A program made the position numbers and the translations under genes. From Lama guanicoe (taxonomy: Eukaryota), in assembly GCA_013239625.1 (NCBI GenBank), contig MU055594.1:20512039-20576038 (forward strand): a stretch of 64,000 nucleotides of DNA, given 5' to 3'. Position 1 is the first letter of the stretch; each line of letters starts with the position of its first letter. The notes below the pieces were generated by a model. The model had not been told where the DNA came from. It saw only the letters and a list, made by a program, of their open reading frames with translations, and searched no databases. Positions 48,641 to 61,252 of this stretch are shown here, one piece after another.

Positions 48641-50577
48641 AAGCCAAGAGTCAGCCTTGATGACTCCTTTCCTTTCACCTCACTTATCTCTTGTATCTCA
48701 CCGTCAGTAAACTCTCTCCAAAATCCCAAATCTGATGACCCCCACCTTCACTGCCACCAGCCCAGACCCATCATCTCTCCCCTGAACTATGGTAAACGAC
48801 TCCAACTAGTCTCCTCCATCTATGCTTCCTCTTTCTAACCCACTCCCCACAGAACTGCCAGAGTCATCTTTAAAAATGTTTGATTTTTTTAAAAAAAACT
48901 ATTATAACCCTGCTTCCCACTGTACTCTGAATAATATCCTGACGTGGTCACATCTTTAAAGGTCTTGTACAATCCGGCCCCTGCCTACCTCATCAACCCC
49001 AATCCACACTCCTTCTGTTTGCTAAGCACCAACCACAGTGGCGTTCCTTCCAGTCTCTGAACACATAGCCTCTTTCCTACCTCTGGGCCATCCCACGTGC
49101 TGTTCCCCCTTCCTAGAATATTCTTCCTTCTGCTCTTTAAGAAGTTCAGTCCTTAAACATCAGCCCTTCTGTCTTCCCTGATAAAGTATGAACTCCAAGA
49201 GGGAGGGACCATTACTAGCCTTTCACTATCATATACCCAGAGTCTAGAAATGCCTGGCATTTAACAGATGCGCCATAAATATTTACTAAATGAATAAAAA
49301 ATAGAACTGTATGTCTGCAGGGTCACAGAAGATAGTTACACGAAGAAACACAGGGCACAGGCAAGTATATACATACTAGTTTTCACCATTCAGAACTGTT
49401 TGTATACCATCAAAGCATAAGAATGAACTGGGAAGACACATAAAGAGAATTCCGTACCCGCTAGGTTCCTCCAGCCTGTCAACTTGCTTATGTTTAAAAT
49501 GCTCTTCGTTAAAAACTGCAATGCCCTCGAGTTGTAGCTCAAACACTGAAAAGGAGATCAAGCTCCCACTACTCCCCCACTTGCCTAGGATGAATGAACA
49601 GTTAGTTGAGAGGAAAATTCTTCTGGAATTCATTCAACAATCATTTATTGCTTAACTACTACCTGTCGGGGCATTGAGCCAGCAATGCAAAGATGAACAG
49701 CACATTGTCCGTTGTCTGTAAGAAGCTGAAACCGAGTAACACCGTTGGCCCTAAGCATTCCATGTGAGAAGGGAAACATACCCAAACTTTGTCCGATTTG
49801 GGACTTTTCCTGTATCAGGGATGCAGGATGTCAACCAAAGAGGAGAGAGGGGGCCGTGGACTTCCAGAAGTAAAGGAAGAACAAAAAGTGACTAATAACC
49901 AGTTAGATTATTCTGGGAACCCATCATCATTTGCCTTTGAAACTTTTGCCCCCTTCAACCCTGCTGCCTCTCTTAAGCCTGACTGAGCCGACCTGGACAT
50001 ACCTATGACAAAGTCCAAGAATGGTCTTGTCTCAGAAGGGCTCTTTAGGGACCCAGAACCAATGATGAAATCTCTTCTTGCCCTTTGCCTTTCTCAGGTC
50101 TCCTCAGCTTCTACAGTCTGTGAAGATATATGCTGAAAAGCCGGCTCACGAGAGCGCTACGGTGTGGTAAACCACACACAGGCACATCCCACATCAGACT
50201 GTGCAACTCATGGAGTTCAACCGGCTTCTGAGACACCCGAAATGAGAAGTTCACAAAGAAAAGACTAATCACGGATGATGCAAACCCCTGCCCTAATCCT
50301 ACACAAATAGTCAGGCTGGCAGCAGAGGACAGCCTGAGAGGCCCTCAGGTTCTGAGGATGAGTTGAAACTACACGGCTCAGCAGAAACCCTGTCATTCTC
50401 TTACTCACTAAGCAAATATTTTTCAAAATGACCCAAGTAACAGGAAAGCAAAGCCTCTGTTCCCTATTTATAACACTTCAATTTGAAAGAGTATCTTTCC
50501 ATCTTAGCCATGGCACCATGGCCCCGTAGAGTCACGCCAGAGGAAAACGCATGCCAGTAGTTCCACGCCCCCACATC

Positions 50578-50578
<1 letters not shown>

Positions 50579-50617
<39 letters not shown>
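50579..50617. repeat. (CA)n microsatellite
   Basis: About 19 perfect AC units. Confidence 0.95.
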
Positions 50618-50619
<2 letters not shown>

Positions 50620-53600
50620 CTGCCCTTAATTTATAATCTTCCAGTGGAGCAGAATTGCTCACCTGATGGAAAGAGAATATTCAACTCTCAGGGAAAATCA
50701 TTCCTTGAATGGGAAACAGAATTCCAGTAAGTGCAGGTTCCTTGTCTCCTGCCCCCATTTTGGCAGGAAAAGTGGTGGGTACGAAGATCTGAATCCTCTC
50801 TCTGGCACTTGCCAACTGCCTGACCGGAACCTCTCCCCAGCCTCATCTCCTCACCGGTAACATGGGGCTGATGCCACTACCTCATGGATGTGAAGATTTC
50901 CTGCCATCACTGGTGGAAGGCGTTCAACCAAATGTCAATGCACGTACTCAGGAAAGAGGAGCTTACAAGTATCTATCTATGATTAATTTAACAGCCATTA
51001 ATATTCCTCCCCTCTGGGCTGTCAGAGACAAAGCCCTCTTGAATGCACAGCTGCTCTCACTTGGACCCAGGACCCAGGGGCTCGCTCCTCTCCTCTCTCC
51101 TAAATCCACAAAACCCATGTTCCTTCTCCCAAAACAGATTTGCAAATGGCACCCACCCCGGGGACAGAGCCACCAAGCAGTCCTGGTGGCAAAAGAGCAA
51201 ATGGGAGACTCTATCACGATCAGATAATGAGGCTTGCTGTGATTTTGCTTACTAAGCCCCCTCTCCTTTCTTTAAATTTTGTTTCGGTTTCTAGTTTAGA
51301 ACAGCACCTTCGACAAAATGTTCGGATAGTCTCAAGAGAAGATGGGGCTATAGCTCGGGGCCCTGACTACCCACCCACTCACCCATGCCCTGCCCAATCC
51401 CACCCTGCCTGAGGGCTCTCTGAACACAACTCTCCCACCACTGCACGCATCTGTCACTCCAAGGCCAGAGTGCTGACACGTGGGAAAACTCCAGATAGCC
51501 AGAATCCAAGCGAATGGACCATTCCCGGTGGCCTTCAGCATTCCTCAAGAAGAGTGAGGTCACCACTGCTCTGAATTAACAGCCTAAATCCCTGTGAGCC
51601 CCACATTTCTGCAGCCCCGTGAGTGTTCAGCACACACTGATGTCTGCCAGGTTCCTCCCTACTTCTAACCGCTGCCCCGCTCCTCTCCTCTGGGACTCAG
51701 GCTGGAGATGGGAGGGGGTAGAGAAGCCAGGTAGCATCACACAAGCCCACTTAGGATGCCTGGGAACTTTTTGGTGCTTGACAAATACAAACACGGGGGC
51801 GAGGCCAGGATTCATTCATGATGTCACTTCATTCCTAAAGAAGCAGAGCCCAGCAACTGCCGCTCCAGCAGTGACAAAGCCCAGTGTCCTGCCATCAATA
51901 AACGGGGACTCAGTCCGGGGGACCAGCTGACTCCTATTGCAACTTCAGTTCTCCTTTGGCCAGGCAGACAGATTTGCGCCTGATGGTCTAGACCGCATCT
52001 GCTCCGAACAGTCATCCAGGAAACGCCCAAAGCTGAGGAGAGACACCTGTCACCCAAGAGAAGCATCTGAGTTTTCCAGGAAGTTGCCAGTGACCTGGCA
52101 TCACTGGAATTTGCCAGGCCTGCTTGGGGAAAGAGGGCCAGCTGAGTGCTAGTGCTTACTGGAAAACAGGCATTGCCATTTACAAAAAGAAAAGTCACTC
52201 AATTCACACTGGCCCCAAATAGTCTGATGATGCATCTGACCTTTTCCCATCACACACACCCCTGAAAAAATAAAAGTTTACTTAAGCCAATTAGAGTTTA
52301 CGTGTTTCATAGAGGGTCAGCTGAGGACAAAATCAATTTGTAACTTGTCTATGGAATCTCCAAACAGACTTTACCTCTCTTCCTCACAGATGGAGTCAAG
52401 TGTAAAAAAAAAAAAAAAATTCTCTACATTCTGATCCATAAGCAGACAGGACACAGAGCACCTGCTGGAGCCAGTCCCACAGCCCACGCCGCTCACCCCA
52501 TCCACTAAGGGCACACCTTGAGCGAGGGGCCTTCTGCAAACAGTGCTGGCAAATTCAGCATTAACTGTGCTGGCCGCACCCCACTGGAAAGACTTCATCC
52601 AAATTTAGCCACACAAAAATATGTAATTTAGCCAGTTGGTGGATCTATGCTGATTTAGTCTCAGGTGTTTTTTCTCAGCTTAAGGTAGTATATATGTTCC
52701 ATCACAAGAAATTTTTTTTTCTTGCTGATTTGGTGTGTTTGTGTATTTCCTTTATACTGTAGGTTGTTTTGGACCAAACCTGAGGCCGATTCAGCCATAT
52801 GCCTTTAGAAACACTTCAGATGAGAAAGTTCGATCTCATTCTAAACATTTTGGTAACAGAGATGGGAGATTCACGGGGTAAGTGAGAAACTCTGCCCCCC
52901 AGTACAAGTCTGCACACCCCATTCTTCTGCTTGTAAGTCACTTTTCCTACCGAGGCTAATGTATGTTACTCTGAGACTTGGCACCAAGTTTTCTTCTTCA
53001 GACTTTCAGGCTAAAAGCCAAAACTACTTCAAATAATTTAAAGATTTTAACATCCATTACATTTTGTGTATTACTTTGAGTATAGTACATTTATCCACTG
53101 ATTCTTTCTAAACACGAGAAACCCAACCAGCACAACTGATAGCCATGTATGTTTCATACAGCAGATAAATTGTATCCACGGGGCAAGATTCAAATACTAA
53201 TTCATCCCTGTGTGCCGCCACCTAGTCCAGTGCCTCTCTCAGAGTAAGCACTCAACGTAGGTTTGTCAACATGAAAAAATAATGTACTTCCCCAATCTAG
53301 GCTGTTTTATTCCCTCCAGTTTTCCCTTCCGGCTTTCACATTCTAGGATTGCGGAGTTAAGGTATATAGAAAGGAGAAAATCTTTTGGACAGAACATCGG
53401 CTTGAATTCTGAGCTCTCCTTGAACTTGTCACCAAGTCCATGCAGGACTTCAGCCCTGACCAGCCCCTCCACATCTACCCAAATAGCCAAAGTCAAATGC
53501 CAACATACTAGATAACTTTGATGAGCAAAGGTCAGGAGGTGGCACTAAGCTCGACGTCTAAGTCTCCGTGACAGTGACAAACATCGGTCCTTGGGACCTC

Positions 53601-54328
53601 CTAGGCTGGCACACAGCTGAAGGCTCTGACTACAACTGTCCTCCTATCTGGAATTCATAAGACGTGCAGGTTAGTGGTTTCCAGCATTTCAGACCTCATT
53701 TCCCTATCAGTGGTGCCTTCTCTTCCTTCTGACTGCCCCACTGCCAGCGTTCTATCTGACCGGGCAAAGCAAGCTCCCTGAGGGCAGCAGGCACGTCTGA
53801 GTGTGCAGGTCACACCAGGCAGGCCCTTCCAGGGCGCTCCTTCACACTGGCACAGACCTCAAGGACTCACTTACCTGCTCTCCGGACTCTTGGCCGGGAA
53901 CACACGATGCTGTGCTTTTCAGTCTGTGGTTTACTTTCCAGTATCCTGCAGACACCTCCACGCCTCAGACCCAGAAGCGCAAGCAGCAAGAACACTTTCG
54001 TCCAAAGGCGCTCATGTAAGTCTCATTAACGTTCCGCAGCGAGCCAAACCACCCGCCTCTACTCTCCCCCAGACAGCCTTCTCTGCTCTTATGTTTCATC
54101 ATCCAGCAATTCGGAGTTGTGAAATCACAGAGTGGCCCAGGAGTGAGGAGTGAAGGGGAGGCAGGCAGTCCTAGGTCCCAGTGCCATTATCACTTGAGAG
54201 TTGGGTGGCCCAGGACAATGAAGTTTTGCAGCCTCCACTTTCCCATCTGTAAAATGGAGCTAATCCCACCTGCTTCCCAGAGATGTTGGGAGTAAAAGAG
54301 ATACTCTGTATAAAGCACCTGACATACG

Positions 54329-54332
<4 letters not shown>

Positions 54333-54368
<36 letters not shown>

Positions 54369-54372
54369 TATA
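54333..54372. repeat. (TA)n(CA)n microsatellite next to a MIR (54170-54325)
   Basis: About 14 TA units followed by CA units. Confidence 0.9.
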
Positions 54373-56845
54373 TAATATCATATTATGTTCACATATCATA
54401 TCTTCTGTAAGTTTTTTAAAGTTTATAGTAAGTTCTTTCAGTTATCCTGTCATCACAAGAAAAAAGTGTCCAAAATGAGGATAATAACAAATATTGTCAC
54501 ACCAAACGGAGATATTTGAGAGAAGAGGGGTAACCGAAAGCCATAATAAACAGGACATTTTATTGGGCTTATTATTTGTTAAGCTAACTGCAATGACAGG
54601 GTAGGTCGCCACCCGCCACTGGCCCCAGCAGCGGTCTACACACACTGCGGTGCCTACCTGGGCCCCAGGACCTGGCGTCTGCCATTTTCACATGGCCAAG
54701 AATCCCAGTGGGATAAAGAATCCTTATAACAACGTCATAAAATCATCATTTTATACGCCAACAATGCCTGTCCTGAGGACTGGAACTTGCAGAGCAGGAA
54801 AAATAAAAGGCATTGTCTTCCCACCCTGGTGACCCCTGGCCCACCCCCTCCAGTTTCCCTTCAGGGCAAAGAGGTCAGCTCCAGGCCATTGCACGAACTG
54901 AAGTGCAACCTTTCTTTTATAATTATCAGGAGAATAAGGATTCTGATTTTAGTTAACACCTGGAGATTGCTTCTCAATTCCACTGTAAATTTCCTTTTTC
55001 AAAAAAAAAGATGGTCAAACTTAAATTCTCAAGTCTTCAGTTGTAAATGCAGGGCACAATTTTTAGGTCAACTGAACTTAATGATTTAAGAACAAGAATC
55101 CTCTTTCTCAGTTGGTTAAAGAGACCCATGCTTTGACTACATGGAGACCTTACTTTAAGCAACTATCTCATGCAGAAACATAAAATTAATGAAATATCGC
55201 ACTGACTGAAGATTCAACCTAGGAGTGAACTCTATGGAAAGCGTAGCAATCAGATGTGCTGAAAGGACTCAACACACAGCAGGGGAGGTACACTAGTAGA
55301 TGTGAGGCTGCAAAGACAGAGCTCAAGGATGCCCTAACTCCACTGATACTAGGATCGGTGTTCCCCTGGACTTAGCTGGTCTTCTCTCCCCACCACGACT
55401 GTCAATGCAGGTTCACTGCTTGAAGGAGACGGTCCCCTTCTACTGCTCACCACCCACCACCCTGGTTTCACCCATACAAATCTTGACTTTGCCATTACTA
55501 TAAAACGGGCAGGAAAGCAGCTTTGAAGGGAGATTGGGACTTGCCTCATTAGAAATGCTAACAGCACCAAACTTTTCTTAAGTCTCTCTCTCTTCCCCTT
55601 AAAACACACACTCACACAGGGAACCAGAGTGTCTGTAGGATGAATTCCCAGGCCGTAGCAACTACAGTGCTCTGGGATCTAAGAGCTCTTGGCTGGCCAG
55701 GCATTAAGCCCTTTTCGGGAAGGAGACAGCAAGCCTGCCTTCCCCTGACACAGCCCTGCTCTGAAAACAGGCTCTTGCTTTTGTTTTTGTTTGGTTCTTA
55801 GCTAAGAATCTCTTTCCTTCCTTGCGGAGACAAAAAGGCACGGGAAGCTTAGGGCAGCTCCTGGGTTTGATATCAAATAAATTTTCTTCCCTAATTCATC
55901 CCATCCCCACCAACATCTGAAAAGCAGCGGAAGAGATCTGGGGAAGTTGGGCCTAAGTTTTGGGTCAAGGGTGCGTTCAGGCTTTGACCAGGTAAGTGAT
56001 GGAGAGGACTAGCTATAGGGCACGCCCTGGAGCTGAATGCGGCCACGGTGCAGAAGAAGGCAGCTGCCCCACCCTGCAGGCTCACCTGCCTGGCCACAGG
56101 TAAGCGACGGATGGGAAAGACTGGAAAATTCAGCTTCCTTTATGTAGCGCTCTGCCCCCTCCCCCCACTCAAGTGCCGGCACGCCGGCTGGCTGGCTGGG
56201 GGCAGGCGCTTCGGAGGCGCCTGAGTGGGTCTCGGGGTTCCTTCCTGGGCGTGCGGAAACCAGGACCCACCCAGCCAAGGCGGAGAGATGGGGGAGGGGG
56301 CTCGGCGCCCCTGGGGCGGGCGAGGCGCGGACGCACCCCGCGGTTTCGGTGGCGGGCGCGCACCGGTCTCCCACTGCGGTAGCATCCCGACATGACACTG
56401 CAGCTGCAACAAAGCGGCGGCCGCCGCGAGCCTCGGCGCCCACCCGCCGCCCCAGCCCCACGCCACGCGGAGGGGGCAGCGGCTGGTGGCTGTGGGGGTG
56501 CACGGAGGAGATGGGGGCACTGGAGGGGTCGAGGAAGGGGAAAGCCCTGAAATGCGCAGGAAGCCCGGCGGCCACCTCTAGCGCCTCTCCCAGCGCCGCC
56601 GGACTGCAAGGAAAACAATTCGCCTTCATTCCCGAGTCCGGGTAGAGCCCCGCAGCTCCCCCAGATGACCCGATCGGAGCCCCCGGCTGTGTCGCCCTCC
56701 CTTGCTTGCAACCCCCGCCGCCCCGCTGGCCCGACCCCAGCCCCCCGCAGCCCCGGCCGGGGGAGCCGCCCCGCTCCCGGCTCGCCGCCGCCTTCTGCTC
56801 CGGCGCGGCCGCGGTCCCAGAATCTCCCCCTCCCCGAGCGCTCAC

Positions 56846-56935
56846 CAGGAGAAAGGAGCCCGCGATCATCGCGGCTCCGGCGACGCGGCTGCAGGAGGCC
56901 AGGGCGGTGCTGCTGCTGCTCGCGGAGGTCCCCAT
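56846..56935 (-). CDS. TNFRSF21: TNFRSF21/DR6 coding exon 1 (start codon, N-terminal part of signal peptide)
   Basis: ATG at 56935 in GCCATGG context; translates MGTSASSSSTALASCSRVAGAAMIAGSFLL, matching the DR6 N-terminus; ends at CTG|gtgag donor (phase 0); lies in a CpG island. Confidence 0.96.
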
Positions 56936-57050
56936 GGCTGAGCCCGGAGCTCGAGGGGCGCCCGGGGCGCGTGGCCCCCCGGCAGCTGGAATCGGCGGCT
57001 GCTTCTGCCCAGCGCCGCATCCACCGCCGCCTCCCGAGCCGGGAGCCCAT

Positions 57051-57068
57051 CTACCTCCAACACCCCAT
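57051..57068 (-). other. uORF2, MGCWR*, directly followed by the ATG of an overlapping uORF
   Basis: Minus strand reads ATG GGG TGT TGG AGG TAG ATG. Confidence 0.65.
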
Positions 57069-57132
57069 GTGCACTGCGGCAGCCGGACGGCCGGGCAGAG
57101 GAGGGAGGCGGTGAGGGAGGCTCCGGGGGCGC

Positions 57133-57279
57133 TCAGCACCTGCCCAGCTGCGCGGCTGCCCGGGCGGGGAGAAGCAGCCGCGGCTGCAGCCCGCGCCTCC
57201 CCGTGCTCTCCTCCGACAGCGGCTGCGGAGAACCAGGGAGGAGGCCTGGGCGCGAGAGAGCGAAGGAACAACTTCCCAT
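57133..57279 (-). other. uORF1, 48 aa (MGSCSFALSRPG...AAQLGRC)
   Basis: GCTATGG strong Kozak context; ends at TGA 57133-57135, upstream of the main ATG. Confidence 0.6.
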
Positions 57280-59779
57280 AGCGAAGCCTCCAGCCACTGC
57301 CAACCACCCTCCGCTGCCTAGACCGGCCGGCGAGGGACTAAGTCGGGTGGCTGCCGGGCGCGGGGACACACGTGGTGGCGCCGAAGGGGCGGGGGATCGG
57401 CCCTTTGTGATGTCACCTCGAAGGAGGCCGGGCTCTTTGTGCGATCAGAAATGGGAAGGCGTTCCAGGTGGCGCGAGGAGGGAGAGGGTGCCCCTTGCCG
57501 TTCGCTGAAGAGATTGCAGCAGCTTAGTGACCCAGGGAAAACGCTGCGAATGCATACATATTTCTGACCCAAATTTACTTCTTTTTTCTAAGATGATTCT
57601 TAGTAAATTATTTCTGCGACAGACGCCTTTCTGTTGTTTCTTGCATAATGATTAAAGACAGCCAAAGAACATAAAACATTTAGATCTACTGCGTGCCGTG
57701 AAGAGACCAGCGAGTTGGTTCTCAAACTTGAGTGCGCGGTACAATCTCTTGGAGAGTCTAAAACATACGGTGATGCGTGGTCCCACACTCAGAAATCCTG
57801 ATTTAATCGAAACAGGGTGTGGCCTGGGCACTGGGTTTTTTTGTTTTTTGTTTTTTGTTTTTTTTTTCAGTTCTCCTGATGATTTGGGGAGATCACGTGG
57901 CAAAATTTGAAACCCTCTGGGTCAACGAATGCACCTAAGGAAATCCAGACTAAAGATTCCAAACCCAGCATCCGCGGAGTTGGGTCTGTGAAGGACCTTC
58001 CAGAGGCCTTGGAAATCCTTGAAATATGTGGGCAGGTGCGTTTTTCTAAATAAAGGATCCCCAGAGTTTTGAATCAAATTATCACAGAGAGAAGAAACAC
58101 CCTTCTTCCAAAAAAGTGTTAAAAAAAAATTGAGTTGAGTTCCAAATGCCTTTGCGGGATGTGGGTGGGGAGAAAAGGAGGCAGTGTACAGCTTCAGAAG
58201 TAGAAACAGCCAGAGCATTCCCTTGGATGGGCTGGCATCTCCTGCATTTCTGAATGTGAGTGAGGACCTGGCATCCCTTTCTGTCTCAGTGAGGGGAGGC
58301 AGAGTCTCCTGGTTGTGGTACAGCAGCATCCACCCTCTAGGTACTGCTGGTCCGCCACACACTGTTGACATTACATCTTTGGCCATCTGGTTCACTCCAT
58401 TCATGTGTGAGCCCTTTGATGCTGCACTTATTCTAGCTTTCCTTGACCCCTTCTACGTCAAGATAGCACCCTTTCTCAATTACCTGCTTTCAGACTCAAT
58501 ACCCAGTTCTCTTGAAGGTCACCTACTAAGGCAGAGGTGCCAACTAGTTGTTTTCTTATTAAAATAATGTGCTTTGGTCTTTGTCCTGTGCACACTTGGG
58601 AGATGCTAAAAATTAACATGATGGTTAATGTCAACCTATTCTTTCAAATATCTGTCAGTAAAGAAAAGGATTGTCCATGACTATTGCAGCAGGGAAAATT
58701 CACAGAAGTGCTAGAAATTATTACTGCTAAATATGGAGTTTGGGGGAGAGGGTTAAGTTTGGACTTGAATTTTTCTAGCTAGTTCCACAAGTTCAAAAGC
58801 GGAAAGAAATACATTACATCTCCATATAGAACAGATTCAATGGAAAAAGCAGATTGGCTGGAAATAGACTAAAGGAGAGGAAGGAATTAACAATGATTTT
58901 GCGGCTCAAAAACTGGGAGGATTGTGCAGCAGGAGCAGAAATAAAAAAGCCCAAAGCTGGGATGTATGGGAGGAGACGGACAATTTTATGGCAAAGATAC
59001 AATGAAACTAATCCGTACACGTTACTGAGTTTCTATTCTTTCCCAGAAAAGGAATATGTCTATGTGAGCATTCTGAAAAGGTGGCCATGAGCGAATCAAC
59101 AGTTGAAAAAATTGAAGAATTTACCCAAGGTGAAATGAAAAGCATTTCTATATTTTAACTCAGAGTAATAAAGTTTTATACTCCACTTAGATTCAAACTA
59201 CTTGCAATCTATTTATCACTCATGTAGAGGGACGTTTATTTAAATGTTAGCAGGAAACGGGATGGAGGGAATTTTTCCTCTCTCAAAACGAACAATATCA
59301 AATTTGTGTGATCAGTGCCACACCGGGAAATGAGGAGACTTGAACGTAGTGGAAGCACAATTCAGATTTCTTTTAGGTTCAAGGATGACAGTTGAGAAAG
59401 GACTTCCACCTGCAAAGTAACCCAAACTCTAAATGCTCAATTTGCCCGACTTCACGGGGAAAATCAGTCAGGTTCTACTTTGAGAAATGTAAGTTTGGAG
59501 GGAAGGAGTTAAGTGGACAACTGCTTTGAGTCTCTTTCCCCCGCCCCTTCCTCCCCCCTCTTTTTTTTTAATGTCTATGCAACTTCTTTAAAAAAGAAAA
59601 AAAACTGATGATGGTATTGAGCAGTCCTTTGAATTTTTGAAGAAATATAAATTGAATCTGTTATATATATGGAGACATAATGCATCTCCATTATCATTTT
59701 TCTCAAATTGTAGTTCAAAGTCTTGATAAAACACCTCATTCTGATCTCTGTTTATGATGCAACCCTCCCACTGCTGCAA

Positions 59780-60300
59780 GGTTGAGTAGACACGCACAGA
59801 TTTGGCACACGGAGCCTTTGCTTCCTATACCCAGCTTAGTTTTCGACCCCCACTGCCTGCCAATCCCTACAAACCCCAGCTTCTGCATACTAATCCCATT
59901 AAATCATTGTGTTTCATAACTACCTTGTCCCTGTCATACTTCTAAGCCTTTGTTGGGTGTTGTTTTCTTTTCAACTCTCCTCCTGTGCTCAGTGAATTGC
60001 TAGGAATCTACCCTTTAAGACCATCCTCAAGGGGTACCTTACCTAAGAAGTCTTTCCTAATGTCCTCTCTCCACCTCTTCTACCCTCATTTGAGAAACCA
60101 GTTCTTCCTTCCTCTCATTCTTTCCTACACGGCTCTGTTATAGCGTGTATGACATCATGCTGTCCTTAGATTACCTCTCTGTGCCACTGGCCAGATCTTG
60201 AACCCTTTGGGACCAAAGTCTACGTCTTAATCATCTTGGGATCTCCATAGTCAAGATTCAAGATATTCACCTGCCTCAATAAATACTTGTGGAGTGAAAC
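59780..60300 (+). mobile_element. L2 LINE 3' remnant
   Basis: Pyrimidine-rich body ending ctcaataaatacttgtggagtga. Confidence 0.65.
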
Positions 60301-60995
60301 AAACTTGGAAACGTTTGACAAACCATGGAACAGTTTGCACTCCTGATGAACCTTTTCCTTCTCCAAGCCTTAAATCAAACATCCTGGGTTGTGTTATACA
60401 CACAATAACAGGCTTAATCTCTTGTTTTGCTAAGGTGCCACATCCCTGATTTGGGTTAAGTGTTTTGTCCATAGTTTTGTTTCCTTAAACTAGCTCATTT
60501 CAGAACTTGCCATTCTTCGGCCCAAGAAGGAATATCAGCCCTTTGGCAACAGATTGCAAGATAAAGTGCATGAGCATGGTTTGATCAAGTCTCCACAGTT
60601 ATGTTTTACAAAGAAGGCATTCTTGGATCAGATCAAGTGGGAACAGAATTGCAAAGCAGGCATGATTCTGGAGGCTCTCTTGGATGATAAGAGAGGGGTG
60701 ATTGGAAAAATAAAATAGCCAGTTCTTTTAAGCTATGACACCTTTGTTTCACTCCCAAGAACTGTAAGGTGATTAAATTAGTTCCTTTCTCTGAAGGAAG
60801 ATTCTGCAGTGCTGTGAGAAGTGGTACTCATCTTGAATTGTCCATCATCCATCTGCTTTAAGAGTTTACACCTGGAGTGTTCTCATTTTGCCATAAGCAT
60901 TTCCACCCAGGGCCCCAAATCATTTCTCACTTCTTGGGAGAGTTGGTGAGAAAATAGACCTCATTTAATAGTTTAATTGAAAGACAATGGATTTG

Positions 60996-61252
60996 GCAGA
61001 CTCACAGACATAGAAACAAACTCATGGTTACCAAAGTGAAAAGGCTGGGGGATGGATAAATTAGGAGTTTGGGATTAACAGATATAAACTACTATATATA
61101 AAACAGATAAACAACAAGGACCTACTGTGTACAACAGGGAACTATATTCAATAGCTTGTAACAAAAAATAATAAAAAAAATTATGAAAACTATGCTGTAC
61201 ACCAGAAACTAACATAACATTGTAAATCAACAACTTCAATGAAAAAAAAAAA
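60996..61252 (+). mobile_element. L1 3' UTR inserted into a MIR
   Basis: TSD aaagacaatggatttg / aaagacaatgagtttg; cagactcacagacatagaaacaaactcatggttaccaaag. Confidence 0.9.

Larger units (their letters stand above)
56936..57380 (-). other. TNFRSF21: TNFRSF21 5' UTR (exon 1), GC-rich, with four upstream ATGs; transcription start approximate
   Basis: GC-rich sequence contiguous with the start codon that resembles the human DR6 mRNA leader as recalled; upstream ATGs at 57279, 57068, 57050 and 57020. Confidence 0.7.
56150..57510. promoter_or_regulatory. CpG island / TNFRSF21 promoter
   Basis: Very high GC and CpG density over exon 1 and the start of intron 1; E-box CACGTG 57369-57374, GC box GGGGCGGGG 57386-57394, ATF/AP-1-like TGACATCA (minus strand) 57408-57415; no obvious TATA box. 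Confidence 0.9.

Noticed and set aside
56009-57307. 432-aa ORF spanning exon 1 (and other long ORFs in the CpG island)
   Set aside because: Only 30 codons are DR6. The rest is stop-poor GC-rich UTR/intron with low-complexity Gly/Ala/Pro/Arg content and a non-ATG start. The open upstream frame (to TAG at 57338-57340) is expected at this GC content.
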